Assembly: GCA_973895155.1 (NCBI GenBank)
Contig: OZ316895.1
Span: 6,502,136-6,566,135, forward strand
Direction of reading: 5' to 3'
DNA: 64,000 nt
Origin: Marsupella aquatica
Taxonomy: Eukaryota; Plantae; Marchantiophyta
Shown: one piece after another, positions 34,886-48,142 of the stretch
Layout of the letters: each line of letters starts with the position of its first letter
Numbering within the stretch: the stretch's first letter is position 1
Notes under the pieces: model-generated
Database searches by the model: none
What the model saw: the letters and a program-made list of their open reading frames with translations, nothing else
What the model was told of the DNA's origin: nothing
Translations under genes and position numbers: made by a program

Positions 34886-37800
34886 CTAAACTGTGCGGAA
34901 TGCGCTCGTGATGTTACATCCAAAATCCAGGACAATAGCACTTGTATTGTCTTTGGTCCGGAGTGAACGTGCCTTGCTTACTAGCATTTCCGCCATCCCT
35001 TCTGCATTCTGTGGTGGGCATTTTCTTCCCTCTGGAGTCATCATCTTCCCATCGCGGGCCTGTGAAATGTTTAAAACATTAATAGTTTCATACACAAAAA
35101 TCCTGAAAAAGCAGATCCTCTTTCCTTCAATCCATTCAAATCTACGTCCATTTCGCAAATGATGCAAGTCCAAACGGAATTTCAACACGGAGGAGAGAAA
35201 ACAAAATAATTGAGCCAGCTGTAGAGGATTGATCATGCGTGAGTAAAGACTAATACACAGATTGACGTAAAGCAAAGCTGCACCTCTTGTATGAAATTTA
35301 GAACCCTCCTTTGGCTCATCACATCCCAGAGCCCATCACTGCAAACATACATGTTGTTGAGATACTGCTCCCCATAAACCGCAGAGACCCGGAAAATCTC
35401 TAAGCTGGTCTAAACATCTTTGACTCTGATAGGCAATGAATCAATGAAGAACACAGGCCTGAGTGGATTCTCTCGGCAAAGGTTAGATTTGCATTGCACA
35501 CTGACCTGGCCATCACAGCAAGGACTCTGCTTTCAGGATCTATCCTTATAGCTTCGCTCACAAATGGCTGCGAAGAAAAGCAGCCATCCTGTTCCTTGAG
35601 AAACTTGTCACCAAGGGCACGAGCTATATTCATTCCTGCAGTGTACCGTCCGAACAAGTTATAGAACTCCACCTAGGTACCAGTGACGTAATATATAACA
35701 TGCTCCCCAAAACAAATCTTTTTCGGTTCGGCTTCCGGCAATATGAGAATCAAGGCCTGAAGTCTCACCACAAAGGCGTGTTTCACCTTCCTTGAGTTGC
35801 TTCCCCATCTCCAATAGGCGACACCTCTCTGAATAACTGGTGAGTCTATGATCTTCTGTCATGGGTATATGCTTGTCCCCAATACTGCAGAAAAGTACCC
35901 ATCAGAGTTCTGGTTTTAATTGAGAACCAGGGCCGGGAAAATCACATCAGCAAACAGACTCCATGTCGAGGAAATAAACAAGCTCACTCGGCAGAGGATG
36001 GCAGTAAAACCTTCTTACACTCAAATAAGCCTACTCAATCGCAGTGTTGTAAGCACAAGCGAACATGGCATCCCGTAAATTATGCATCTTTACTAAAACT
36101 GCCGGGACTTTGAGAACATGAGAATAAAGCTTTAAGGCCGTCGATATTCTTCAGAAATTTACACTGAACTGTTTCATGCAGGCTAATCCGATTCAGTACG
36201 CCATCTCCACTTGCGTACACCGTTATTGGCAACGATCCAAACTCGAAAATGGAAAACGAAGTACGAGCCCTCTTAAACGCTTTCCTGAGAAACCAAATCT
36301 AAATGGTATAACTGTTCTAGAATTTTTTAAGTCGGTTTCTCCCCATGGTTGCCACTTCATCACTCTTCCTATTCCAAATCTTCCAAGTTAAGTTTCTCCC
36401 GATCCCGATTTTTCTGACAAGGGAGTTCAAGCATAGAAGTACCAACCTGAAAACACAGGCAGAATCACCAACATTCGCACACTGAGCGTACACTTCCTTG
36501 CTTTCCGACCACCATACCAAAAGAACTGTTGCAGTGCAGCCCTGTAGCAAAGGGTGGTAAACGTTCCATCAACCTACTGTCACGATGGACATTGCACAAG
36601 CTATCAAGATTGGCATAGAATGCACTTCTCTCGGACCTCAAGCGGTGGCAGATCGTCATTTGCACAAAAACAATTGTGTCCCATCATGCTTCTAAGTCCA
36701 TATCAGCAAAAAAGCGCGTATCATGGCAGAGGCCTTGATGTCCATTTAAACAGAACATAGGATTTCAGTAAAGAACGAGACCTCATATTCATGTTCCAGA
36801 GCAGCCTCTGTTTCCCTAAAAGCATCTTGGAGAACGTCGGTTGCGTCACACTGATTTAGAAGCTTCGCCATTCTCTCCTCCACGCCTAAAATATTTGACA
36901 ATTTTTGAGGCATCAACCTGATTTGAGCAACCCACCTCCCTAAATTAGAAACAAATACTGGAGTTTAGGACATACCCCGAACTTCAGTTTTTACTAGCAA
37001 AACCTTGGCTTCGGATGTCATTTAACTGTACATCAATTTCTCGTTAACATATATATCTGAGAACATTCATTAAAACCAGACTTGCGAAACGTGACAGGTA
37101 ATTTGTACCTAGTAGCAGCTTCCGCCGCAGCAGCCCCACCATGTCCATCAAATATACAGAAAATGCCGCACTGCATACACAAAATCCCACCAGTGTGGAT
37201 CAGTTAGTTCTAGGGGGACTTCCATCAACTCATCTCTAACATTACTGAAGGCAAAGCGGCTGAGTAAGGTGGCTGAAGCCATCTGAAACTCCCAAACTTC
37301 GACACGACATTCCGGGCCATAGTCACATCTAAAGCGCACGAGAAAGCAGGAACACAAGTACTAATACTGTGAAAGCACGAACCTCTTGGAAGCCGCGAAG
37401 AGGCCACTCACAAAGAGAAACATCCTCCATGGGGAGCTGCTTTCCACCTCGGCGAATGGTCATGGGGTCTGCAGCTAACCCCACTCCAAAGGGTGTCGAA
37501 GAAATGGCAAAATGAGAACTCTTCTTTCCACTTAAAACTCTAACCTGCAATTCGAGGCAAGTCCCGATTCGTCACAAGGAACCTAATGAAACAATAATGC
37601 AGATACAAAATGAATCATTTACATTAAAATTGCACTTCTTTTCGTCTAAACATCCATTAATGGTAAGTAAGCTAACGAGCGACTTTGCGTTCCAGCGAAA
37701 GTCTTTGGTTCTAAAACAGCAAGACAAAAGGAGTGGGATTCACATTTGAGCTAGAAATGTAGCGTCGTACATCGACGTTTCCAAAATAGCAAGGAATTCG

Positions 37801-39904
37801 TTTGTCAACAATGTAAAACTTCTGGCTTCTTCTAATTTCAAATTGGTCATCAAAATCATCTGATTTGCTTCAATAACAGACAACCATACACACCTCTAAC
37901 ACAAAGCTGAAACCGATTCGACTTTAGCTAAGAAAGTTTAACAGATATGTACCAGGACTTGTGAAGTTGAACCCAAGGTAACTATATCTCCATTAACAAG
38001 ACCCACTGGATTTCCTCGCTGGCGGATTGGTCCATTAAAGGAATGATTAGCTGCCACGGACCGATAGTTCACCAGCGTTCCATTCAGGCTGCCCATGTCG
38101 GCCAGCTCCCACTTCGAAACCTGACACAACCATTTCATGTCAAGGAAACTACAGACTTACCTTGTATTCAGACAAGACTCCTCTCATACTTCTTCCAAGA
38201 TATTCTAGCAAGCAGTTTACAAGTTTACAGGACCACAAACCTCTCCTTGTTCGTGCCGACATACGCTTCGTTCAATTTATGGTCAAATATAGGAACACCA
38301 TATGACCTGACTGCTTTGCAAATTAATATACAAATTTCTCCAGGACTTGAGTTTGCGCAGGTTTTCGTAATTTAATATGCTAAGCAGGTAAGGTAGATTT
38401 ACCTTTGAGTTCCAGCTGATGAGTGCATGTTTGCCCGAGACTTCTGGATCGTTCAGTACCAGATCATTTTGCGGAATTCGACCTACAGTAATTGAAATGC
38501 TTTGCCTTTCCTTTGCATGTTGTGAAACTCGAAGCCCAGCGGACGGTCCAGATATGACTTCCAAGAACAAGTTGCTACCTACAGAACGATAAACGGCGTC
38601 AGAGAGAACACTGGTTTGACCGACCAGACTCACTCAACAATCAAGCAGGCTTCAACCCTACCACCCATGACGCGGGTAGTTTCCAGTCCACACGTAGGGA
38701 GCCCGACATTCTCTCAGCCGTACTCAACCACCTTATTGTATTCTGGTGATTTCGAAGAATAAAGATCATATCACTCATTTTAAGATTATACAACGAATGC
38801 AGATAGAGCACTTACTTTGAGCAGAAATATCAGCAGATAACACGGGACCGTTGCTTCCCATGTCACCATAATCTGCTCCGGTTGTAGTAGGCTCTCTCCA
38901 TGCTTCATCTTCCAAGCTGTTCTCAATCTCACTCGTTTCCTGCGCTGCCGGGCCTGCCTTGGGGCGTTTCGTGGTATTTTGAATGACTGAAGTAGTGCGT
39001 CGAGGAAGACTTGGAATGTCCTCAGTGTGACGTTTAGCAGTTTCTATAGTGGCTGAATTCAGTAACGGTTCTATCGTTTCATCCCTCTTCTGCAGAAAAT
39101 TTGGGGTGAGAAATCCACAGAATCGTTATAATCGGAAGACGCAAAGCAACGGCTGACAGCCTCCAGTTTCTAAGGAAGAGAGTAAGACGCGCCTATGCAA
39201 TTTGATCACGGTTATTGAGCCGAAGTAAACTTCGAATCAGCAGCTCCTCTTATCATGTCAAGGGATGGAGAAATGCCACTTTTCCTAGCCTGTAAGCCAA
39301 AGCTGATGGGCCCACACTATATCAAATACTCATATAGGAGGTTAGAGAGTATTCCTGCCGGTGAACCTCACAGTGCGGATGTGAACTGCTAGTGTAACTT
39401 TCAAAAAACTTCACATGTCCAAAACCGATGAGGGTTACTTTGGGCAATGTTCATCTCCGAAAGCATGACCACATAGTGGCGAACAACTCTATTGAAGGTG
39501 TGTCACATGGAGCAAATCCACTTCATTGTCCAAATGCCGCCAACGAGCCTTAAGAACCAGCCAGAAAATTTTGATGTAGGCATAACGAAAGCTCAATTGT
39601 TTGTTCAATCGGATTGATCTGCATGCCATTTCGAAGATGGAGACCGAAACTTGACGCGCACAGTATCTGTCAAGCGCTGTGCGCGAACTGTCGGTTTGAT
39701 TCGACAGGAATCATACCATGCAAACTGTTGAGGGGCCGAAAGCCGCAAAAAAGGTCAGGATAAGGAAGAGTAGTTTGGAAACATAGTTACCTGTTGATCA
39801 AGTCGGGAGGACAACCAGCGCCGACGTATCCTGCAGGAAACAGCATAAACGCCATACCCGACGAGTAGAATTCCTCCGGCAACCAAAACCTCCTTCAGCA
39901 CCAT
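34886..39904 (-). CDS. KAPP: Kinase-associated protein phosphatase (N-terminal membrane anchor + FHA + PP2C), 12 exons
   Basis: TM anchor VLVAGGILLVGYGVYAV. FHA motifs LEVISGP, GRIPQNDLVLNDPEVSGKHALI and DMGSLNGTLVN. PP2C motifs PMED, IFDGHGG, ANVGDS, ARALGDKFLK, SDGLWDV and KDNTS. Exons 39904-39791, 39089-38816, 38578-38403, 38120-37953, 37544-37383, 37170-37109, 36917-36782, 36541-36447, 35884-35769, 35635-35506, 35338-35284, 35059-34886. Confidence 0.92.
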
Positions 39905-40694
39905 TCTCTTCTTCCTCCCCCAAAGATTGCTCGATGAAACCTCCTACCCCACGCCGATCGATCTCGGATCCTAGACGTCGAATGTAAGAAGACTATCATT
40001 TGTGACGGATAATTGATCGATCAAGCGTACCTCTAGCCAAATAACTTCCTCACTTATGAACCAGCATTGCTCCTCTTGGTCATCGTCCCCGTCACAACTT
40101 CCAAAATGCGAGGCGACTTACTGTTCTTTCTTTTCTTTCGCCCCAGTCACCTTTCTCTTCCCTCATGAAGATAACGACAACGTCGCACACCATGCATGGC
40201 GTGCCACCCTAACCCTAAACCCTGATTCACATAAGTACACCCCAAGGATGATGCAGAATTACTAACAGAGACCTCGTTTTTTAAATTCGACCCTTCTTCT
40301 TCTTCTTCTTCTCTTCTTTGCTGTCAGTCAAGCAGACACAGCGAGCCTCGTCGGAGCGCAGTCCAGTCCACTTGTCACACAAAGCGCTACCCCTATAGTA
40401 TGTATAACTCACAAGACTAGGAACAACAATCTATGCAATGCCGAGCCGATGATCTCTTGCTTCCTCTCGGTCTGCAGAGAGCCCAACTCTGTCGAGGTTC
40501 TTCCTCGTGGGAACGAACAAGAATTGCGCCCGCCCGGCCGGGCAGGCTCAGAGCCGGAGGAGAGGAAGGAGTCAACAACCCGAAGAAAACGGAGGGGGCC
40601 CGCGCTAAAGACAAACCTGATTGACCACACGAGGCGGGGGAACAAACACGCCGAAAAGAGACGACGAGAAGCCACACGACGGTGACGAACCCAG

Positions 40695-40830
40695 CAAACA
40701 AAACACACAAACAAACACAAACAAACACACAAACAAACAAACAATCAGACCCCGCCAGCAGGAAGCAGAAGCCGCGCGATGGAGTTGGAGTTGGAGTGGG
40801 AATGGAGTGGAGTGGAGTGGAGTGGAGTGA
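40695..40830. repeat. (CAAA/CA)n and (GGAGT)n simple repeats in the KAPP leader region
   Basis: Simple repeats read directly at 40695-40743 and 40781-40829. Confidence 0.8.
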
Positions 40831-41346
40831 AAGAAAGGGGAACGGAATCTCACGAATGTGTCAAATCAAATCCCAATGCTGCCTGCCTGGTCGTTGTTGC
40901 TGCTGGCCCGGGCGGTGGCGGTTTTTTTTTTCTTTCTCTCTGTTCTTCCGTCGCCTCCCTTCGCCTTTCCGGCGATGATTAGCTGCTGCCTCGCCACTCC
41001 GCAGCTGCATTTGCGGAGCTCTTTCACACAACTGCGGATGGAATGGTGGATCCTTCTGCGTCCCTCCACCCGCTCGACGGCACGAGGACCAAGCAGGAGG
41101 AGGGAGCAACAACAACTTCACTGACTACGACAATAATGCCGCGCTTTGTCGCTCAGTTACAGTAGTAGTCACAACAAAACAATCGGCGACTCCGAATCCG
41201 TGTCGTTGGTGCATAGAAGAAAAGGATTACTATGGTGCAGTTCGTCTCCGCTCACAGCCGGCGGTCGGGGATTCTCCCGTACTGTGGTCCGCATCATAGT
41301 CAGCCGACTCACTCCGACTCGGCTCAGTCCGCACACCATCCCTCGT

Positions 41347-41566
41347 CAACGGCACCCTACAGTCATTTATTACGGACTACAGCACGCTCGGACAACGGTC
41401 GAACAACGGTGAGCGCGTCGACTGTGTCTTTTGCGATCTGTCAACGGCGCAGTCGTAGGGAGGGACAACGGTAGACCAACGGTGAGAGCGTCCACTCTGT
41501 CTTTTTGCCGTCCGTCGTCAGCGGCATACGGTAGTCCTGGGGCCAGACAACGGTAGAACAAACGGT
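41347..41566. promoter_or_regulatory. Cluster of AACGG (MSA/MYB-type) motifs in a degenerate ~75-80-bp tandem
   Basis: CAACGG at 41347, 41393, 41404, 41442, 41466, 41477 and 41548, plus AAACGG at 41560. Confidence 0.45.
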
Positions 41567-43789
41567 GAGAGCACTGGAGTGGACACTACCGTAGTATGAC
41601 TGTTCTTACACCTCTTTGACGGTAACGTGACCGGCTGGCTGTGGGGTTACCGTTCTGGACCTTGCCCCTCTCTCTTACTGTATACAGTGAAGGAGAAGTA
41701 TGAGAGCTGTTTTCCATTTATCATTGTTTGCAAATTACCCTGACTTTGGGAACGATCTTCGACCCTTAATGCCCTTGGTGATAATCACTTTGCCATTTTA
41801 CTTGGGAGAATGCATTGGATAGACTCATTATAAAACTTCTCCTTTACTTGACTAATATTAGTAGAAACAGATAATAGTCAAGTAATATTACAAGCCTTAG
41901 GTGCACTAAAGCCCTATTACCAGAAACATTATGAATCCGGGTATGAATCATAAGACCCTCTCAAAAGTCAAGCTACAGCCCTGGATTTTGGGGCATTATG
42001 GCCCACAATACTTTAAGCTAAACGTTACTATATACAATGGTACTATATACAATGCCACATGGACTGACAATTTCAGGGGCCATGTTCCATGTGCACCCCC
42101 TATCTACAACCAAAATCTCACCTATGGTTGATAACCAGTTTGATAGTCTATGAACAAAGTCTCACTTTAGGTTACACCCTGTAGATTGAAACCTATAAAC
42201 CTTAACATTTCTGGGTGGGGGCAGCATTGGGGGCAACATGTCCTACCAAGCATGACAGCATGACATGTCCTACCAAGCTCATTGTGAATCCTGGGACCGT
42301 ATCATTGGGTACCATCTGTTTTGAATTGCACATGACTCTACAAGACCACTGGCAGTGAACACAAGGCTCCCAAATTATAAAACACAATCTTTAGCAGCCC
42401 TCTATTGCGGGTCACTGGCCCCACCTCTTATTACTAGCAAACCTGGAATGACATAACCCATTCGTGTCTTAATCGAGCTTGGGCCAAATCTTGCCACAAT
42501 TACTGATTCTCTGTCCACCATCATTGAGTTCTTGTGCACCACGGGTTCTCATATAGAACACTACATAGTTTTGAGCATCTCACTCTATCCCAATTTGTTT
42601 CCTTGAGATGTTTTGCAGTGTAATGGGGTCATTTTTGGAGGCTTTGGTTTTGTTTTGTGACCATTTTAGATATTTGTATTGTTTTCTTTGTTGGACAAAG
42701 AATTTGCAATCCCTTTTTTCTTGAGGGCTTTGCATTTCCCTCCTTTCTGAAACAAAGCCCTATTAAATTCAGGAAAAAAGTGGCCTAACACATCTTGTAC
42801 TAGACCCAGTCATGAAGGCATTTGAGCACGCTAGAAATTTAAGAAAAGTCATTCACCTTTTTAATGTCTACAAGATTGGAGAATTTAAGGCATAAAGAAA
42901 ATGACAAAACCTCAATAAACCCAAATGGAAAGCAATTATTGTAGCAATACAACATACTTTGGCCTTTAATGAGATTAACTTGAGTTCTTTGTTTAGGTTA
43001 ACCTCTAAGCTTGACAAAACCAACAGCTAACCTTTCAGTGTGATGGCGGACAGGAGGGAGGAGTGGTCATTTGAGGTAATGAGTCCCTAGATGTGCATTA
43101 TAAAACTGTTTGACTCACCATTGTTGCTGCCTGCCAGATTCTGCCCACACTCTACCCCAATGTGGTGTTGTAGTGCAACAAGAGGCATCCCACACTAGGA
43201 ACCTTGTATATCAGATAGAAGCTAGGACTGATTGACCCTTTATTGGCAATGCTTTCAGTCTGGCTCAGAGCCTCTACAATCCACAACAACCCCATTCACA
43301 ACTTGGTTGCTACTCAAGTTCAATGTCTCTCATGCACTATGTTCCTCTGAATTCCACTATCAATTATAGTAGAGGTGTTGAAGCAAGCCATGACTTGCCA
43401 GTCATCTCTCCAGCCCGCCACCGGGTCTCTTGAAATTCATAAGCAACTGTTGTTTGCAGGTTGTGGTAGTCTTATTATGAATGTCAAGCATTTGTTGTTG
43501 CCTGTTGAGTCCCACCATTCAATGTTAAAGGGTTTCTAACTACCCATCTCGGACAGAAGATGAAGACACAAGTTGTATGACTTCATGTTTTAGAATGTTA
43601 TTGACATTCAAACTGTGTTGATCCACATATGTGCAAAGTTTGCGAGATGTTGATCATTCACAAAGTGTCATCCAATGGGAGTGTAAACCAAGGAAATAAT
43701 TAAATAGAATTAGTGGAGAACCGTCAAGCGGAAGATAATAGATCAAGTATTTAAGGGGGATCAGTAGCAGGTGGAAATAGCTTAGTAAG

Positions 43790-44386
43790 ATGGATGGGAG
43801 ACTAACATTAGAAGGCACGGCAATTTTTGCTATTTGGAGTAGTACCGGATTAGGGTTTTGCTATGAAGGATGCGATACCAAGTTAGGAGACGGCAGAGAT
43901 TGCGCTATGGGGGTGAAAGCAAGACAACGAAGGCAAAGGGGAGAAGAACGATCGAACATTTTCAGTAGGGATCGAGGCACTCATTTTTGCAAGCTAGTAG
44001 GAGAGGGGAAGCCCATGTTTCGATTTATGATCCGCCTTAGGGAAGGAGACTGCCGAGTATGGAATGAAGCAGGGCAGCAGCTTTTCGGCATGAATGGTGA
44101 AACTTTCCAACAACAGTTGACTACTCAAGAAGCTGTTGAAGAATTTTGTAGGGGAGTCATGTCATCAAAGTGGAACCTGACGTTGGGACGAGAACTCGAT
44201 CAACAACAACATCACTGCTGGAGGCTAATCGCCGCTGAACGAGTAATCGTTTTTCGGAACATTAGTGAACCAGAAGATCCATTGAATGTTTATCATGTGA
44301 CATCAGAATTGAGAAGCTTAACCGTTGGCAGTTCAACAACCACAACCCCAACCACCAATCGCTTACAGAGATGTTCGATGCAGTAG
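43790..44386 (+). CDS. Intronless 198-aa ORF resembling the RPA70 C-terminal OB-fold (Zn-binding ssDNA-binding domain)
   Basis: The pattern FCYEGC..C...HFC...PMFRFMIRL...RVWNEAGQQLFGMNGETF parallels RPA1 DBD-C (YxAC..CxxC..YRYIL...FNE.AE.ILG.SA.EL). ATG start and an intact frame in an otherwise decayed region. Confidence 0.55.
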   Translation: MDGRLTLEGTAIFAIWSSTGLGFCYEGCDTKLGDGRDCAMGVKARQRRQRGEERSNIFSRDRGTHFCKLVGEGKPMFRFMIRLREGDCRVWNEAGQQLFGMNGETFQQQLTTQEAVEEFCRGVMSSKWNLTLGRELDQQQHHCWRLIAAERVIVFRNISEPEDPLNVYHVTSELRSLTVGSSTTTTPTTNRLQRCSMQ

Positions 44387-47300
44387 TCTTAGTTGAACAG
44401 AGTATACCAACCGGAAACCACGGATTGCGGTTTAGCAACCGCAAAACAACAGTTTATTAACCGCTATGCAGTTATGTTCGATGAGTAAGTTAGATAACCA
44501 TTTTGTTAGTCGGACAGTTTGAAGATCGATAATTTTGCCGGAAGATAGTATTTAAGACAGGCAAGAGCGTAGAACAAGGTGTCACTTTTGCAATAGGTAA
44601 TTTGATTGAAAGGCGAAGCCGGACTTTCCTTAAGATGATCAGTAGATCTGTTTAAGTGTTCCCTACTCAGATGTGAGTAGAATTTTTGATGTTGAGAAGT
44701 AACAAAATCATTATGACACAACCTGATGAATTGTTCGTGGATGAGTACCTTGTTGAGAGAGTCTACAAAAAGTGATTGACTACGAGATTAAGAATTGAGA
44801 GTGAAGGGATTCAGAATTGAGGAGAGGGAAAATTAAAGAGAAGATTGAGTAAGACAATCGGAATTATAAAGAGAGTTGAAACTGTTAAAGTTATAAATTG
44901 AGGATTAGACAGAAGTACGTTAAGACGGTCATATTTCGACCGCAAGAATGAATGAGGATTAATTCACTCAGAGTGAACACGTTGAGCAGTAACACCTTAC
45001 GGAATCAAACCAACAGACAACTTATAAGCAGTGGAGTCTGGCTGAAGTGTGTGTGTTTCGAGAATGACAATCTAATTGTCATACACCTGCAGCATAACGG
45101 AGTAATTGTGGAATTGACATTCTACTTACGAATAGCCTTTCTTGATCTACTTCGTAGCATAAGTAATTGATCGGACTCCTGGTGGGAGTATCAATGAGAT
45201 GATTGGATCTAATCAGATCACAATCACTGGAAGTATGAATACTAGCGACGAGGATAGGAAGAATTCCTCACTAATTAGGCTTAGGCCAATTGAACTGTGG
45301 ATCTGTTCGATTGGTTTGCACCTAATTACTCGTCGATTAAGGGAAGAGAGTATTCCAATTTGTATTTTCACTTGTCGTGAGTGGTGTGGATTTATAGAAA
45401 TTGTATACAGGGAAGGATTAGTATTAACTGAGTCGATTGTACCCAGGAAGTGGAAAGAAGAAGTAGACATCGAAGAACATTCAGCGGAAATCACATGTTC
45501 AGAATATGAAAACGATTTACTAGAGTACCCTGTTGTTGGACAATTAATCGGTTAATACAAACGCAAATGAATAGAGAAGGGTTAAGTTGAGTTAATCGTA
45601 GGGAAGAATTAGTGTTTAACAGGGAGCAATACTCTTCATTGCAGCAAGTGAGGTACTGAGTTCAAACATTGTATGTATCCGATTGCGGTAAGATAGTTGC
45701 AAAACATGGGACTAATGCAAGGCTTTGCTCATGAGAAAATGGCCAAAACCAAAATTAGTGCAAGCTGAAGTGCTTTATGACCCCTAGTCGTATGAAGTAC
45801 TTCAATAATCCAAGTTGTCACCAAAGATTCACTCTAGAGGGATAATAATGTGGATTCCTATGAATGGCCACAAAAAGAAGCGGGCACTAAGTATAACTGT
45901 CCCTCAGGCTCCCATGCTTGAATTGGTCATAGCCAATAGGAAGCAAGGCCAAATTAACAGTACTTTTTGTGTCCTCATGAATGATGCTTCCAAGCTCTTA
46001 ATCCATCGCCAATGCTCTTTCTCCTTGCACCAGTCCAGGTACTTACAATCTTGAGGAGCTTGCTTGCCGTGCCGGAATGTCATACATAGGCCCAGGGAAA
46101 AGGATTTTTGTGTCCATTCCCTTTCTTTCAATACGCCTTTGTATGACATTAACCCTGTATGACATTTCCCTTTCCGACTCCCTGCGTATGATCTCGCGTA
46201 TGATATTACCTTCCAAGACTTCTAGCTACAATGGCAACTAACTCTAGTTTCTATGCATTGTGTTTTCTATATATGATCTTTAAAACAAGAGTGACAATGC
46301 ACGAGTGTATTCTAACCACCACCACAACGTGAAGACCAGCTATAGACATAGACATAAACAAACGCAAAGGGTCAATTGAAAGCACATGTCTAGCACTTTA
46401 GTGTCAAGGATGTGTACATAGTGTTAGGATGGACCTATGTCTACACAAATATTGAACAAAATTAATCATTTGTGGAGAATCCAATTTGCCATCCAGCTTT
46501 TTGACAACTTGGTTCATTGGACTTCTTGCTACAATCTTATCTAGTAATCATTTATATATTGTAGCCTTCAATTTCTCCATATAGTATGTAGACAAAAATT
46601 GAAGCGATCAATGAATCATTTGTGTATTTATTGTAAGCAAGCACTATGAGAATTCTGTAAATAATTAAGGATTGGAATGATGCATGACTTAAGAAACTTT
46701 AGTCAAATCAAGAGTAATTGTACATTTTTAGATATATAAAGTGTTACAAGAATACTTACTATTTTCAATTCTTAACAAGAATTTGCTGATTGTTTCTATT
46801 GCATTGTGCATGTTCAATATAAGTAATTCAGATGAGGGTATCAGAACAACCATCGAATATTCAAAAGGTGATACCATTTGTTGAGGATGCATATTTCTTT
46901 CTCACGAGTACTCAAGATATTTGGTTTTCACAATATCAATAGGAAATAGAACAAAATTATTCACTATTTTTCCTGTATTTTCCTTGTACAGATCAATTTT
47001 GTCTCTTAATCTGAGCATAATGATAGTTAGTGATCAAGGTAGGGATTTTCTGATTGCTCAATGATTGAATGAGGGGGCCTCGACCTTCTTTGGAGCTTAA
47101 TGCATGCTCCCCTCCTCCTCTTCCAAAACCTTTGCTTTGATCTCCTCGTCCATCCATACTTGGATGACCATGAAAAATTTCTCTCCTTGGTGGCATTCAT
47201 TTGAGGCTCAACACGGGGTATGGTCCTATCACTGTCAATTCAATCCTCTCGCTTGACTTTGTTGTTTACCTCATTATGCCCGCATGGTACACAAGGTGTA

Positions 47301-47819
47301 GTTAAGGTGTACATTTTGAGCCTTACCTCACCAAACTTGTGGTCTTTTAATCCATTAAATCTTTTATTTGAAGGTTTTGCCACTTGTCTTTCAGATCAAT
47401 CCATGTCAAAGTCAATATGACAAGACAAATGAGCATGCAACACATGAATGGTTTTTTGGTCTTGTGTGCAAGGCAGTAATATGAATATCAGGACATAACC
47501 ATAAAAGACTTACTTCAGACCGGTCATTGGGCACCCTGTGTAGCAAGAATCCGACTCCACTTGCATGATCCAAACCTGTAATTAATTGCTATTGGGTTGC
47601 TTAGAAAACCTCTTGCTCTTAGAGAAAAAACACCAATTAATACTAGGTAAGATATTAGGTCAATGCATTTTGATTCACAAGTCATAGATTCTCTACCTGC
47701 CTGTGTACTGTATGTTTTGAGGCAATTTAATTTGTTTCCTCTTTAGACCACCTTTTAGTTGCCCTACATACACACATTGGACCATTGGGGCCTTCTTTCA
47801 TGATTGTTTGGCCTGGTAC

Positions 47820-48142
47820 TTTACTCACAATCCTTTTATTATTAATATATAAACTCTCTCTCTCTCTCACACGCACACACACTGACACTCTACTTTGTGT
47901 ACTTGTTGCTCCTCATAACCAAGGTTTCATTAATAGAGTGTAAACCCTAAACCCTACATTGGGGTTTAGGGTCTAGGGTTTTATTTAAAACTTCTTGGCT
48001 TCTTATCTTGTATGATTTACTCAGTCACAATCCTTTAATATAAGTTTAGTCTACTTTTATGTTATGTAGTTGTTGGCTTTTCGTAGCAAACTAAGGTTCC
48101 ATTATGGTCTAAACCCTAAACCCTACATTAGGGTTTAGGGTT
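47820..48142. repeat. Two degenerate ~170-190-bp tandem units, each ending in an inverted pair of plant telomere repeats
   Basis: AAACCCTAAACCCTA-CAT-TGGGGTTTAGGG at 47942 and AACCCTAAACCCTA-CAT-TAGGGTTTAGGGTT at 48112-48142. Shared upstream TTACTCA..CAATCCTTT and AAGGTT(T/C)CATT blocks. Confidence 0.75.

Noticed and set aside
5880-39904. BTA1, GH16, MAGL, methyltransferase and KAPP as one biosynthetic gene cluster
   Set aside because: The functions do not form a coherent pathway, the genes are separated by TE debris, and no shared regulatory signature beyond chance-level motifs was seen.
40409-41474. Many overlapping short ORFs upstream of KAPP
   Set aside because: They arise from microsatellite and GC-rich leader sequence, mostly have non-ATG starts, and show no domain similarity.
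45750-46060. OTU/protease-like remnant on the minus strand (FVAIHRNPHYYP)
   Set aside because: A single short motif amid several stops is insufficient evidence.
47942-48142. Ancient telomere-telomere fusion site
   Set aside because: The repeat orientation is opposite to that of a fusion, and there are only two units per arm.
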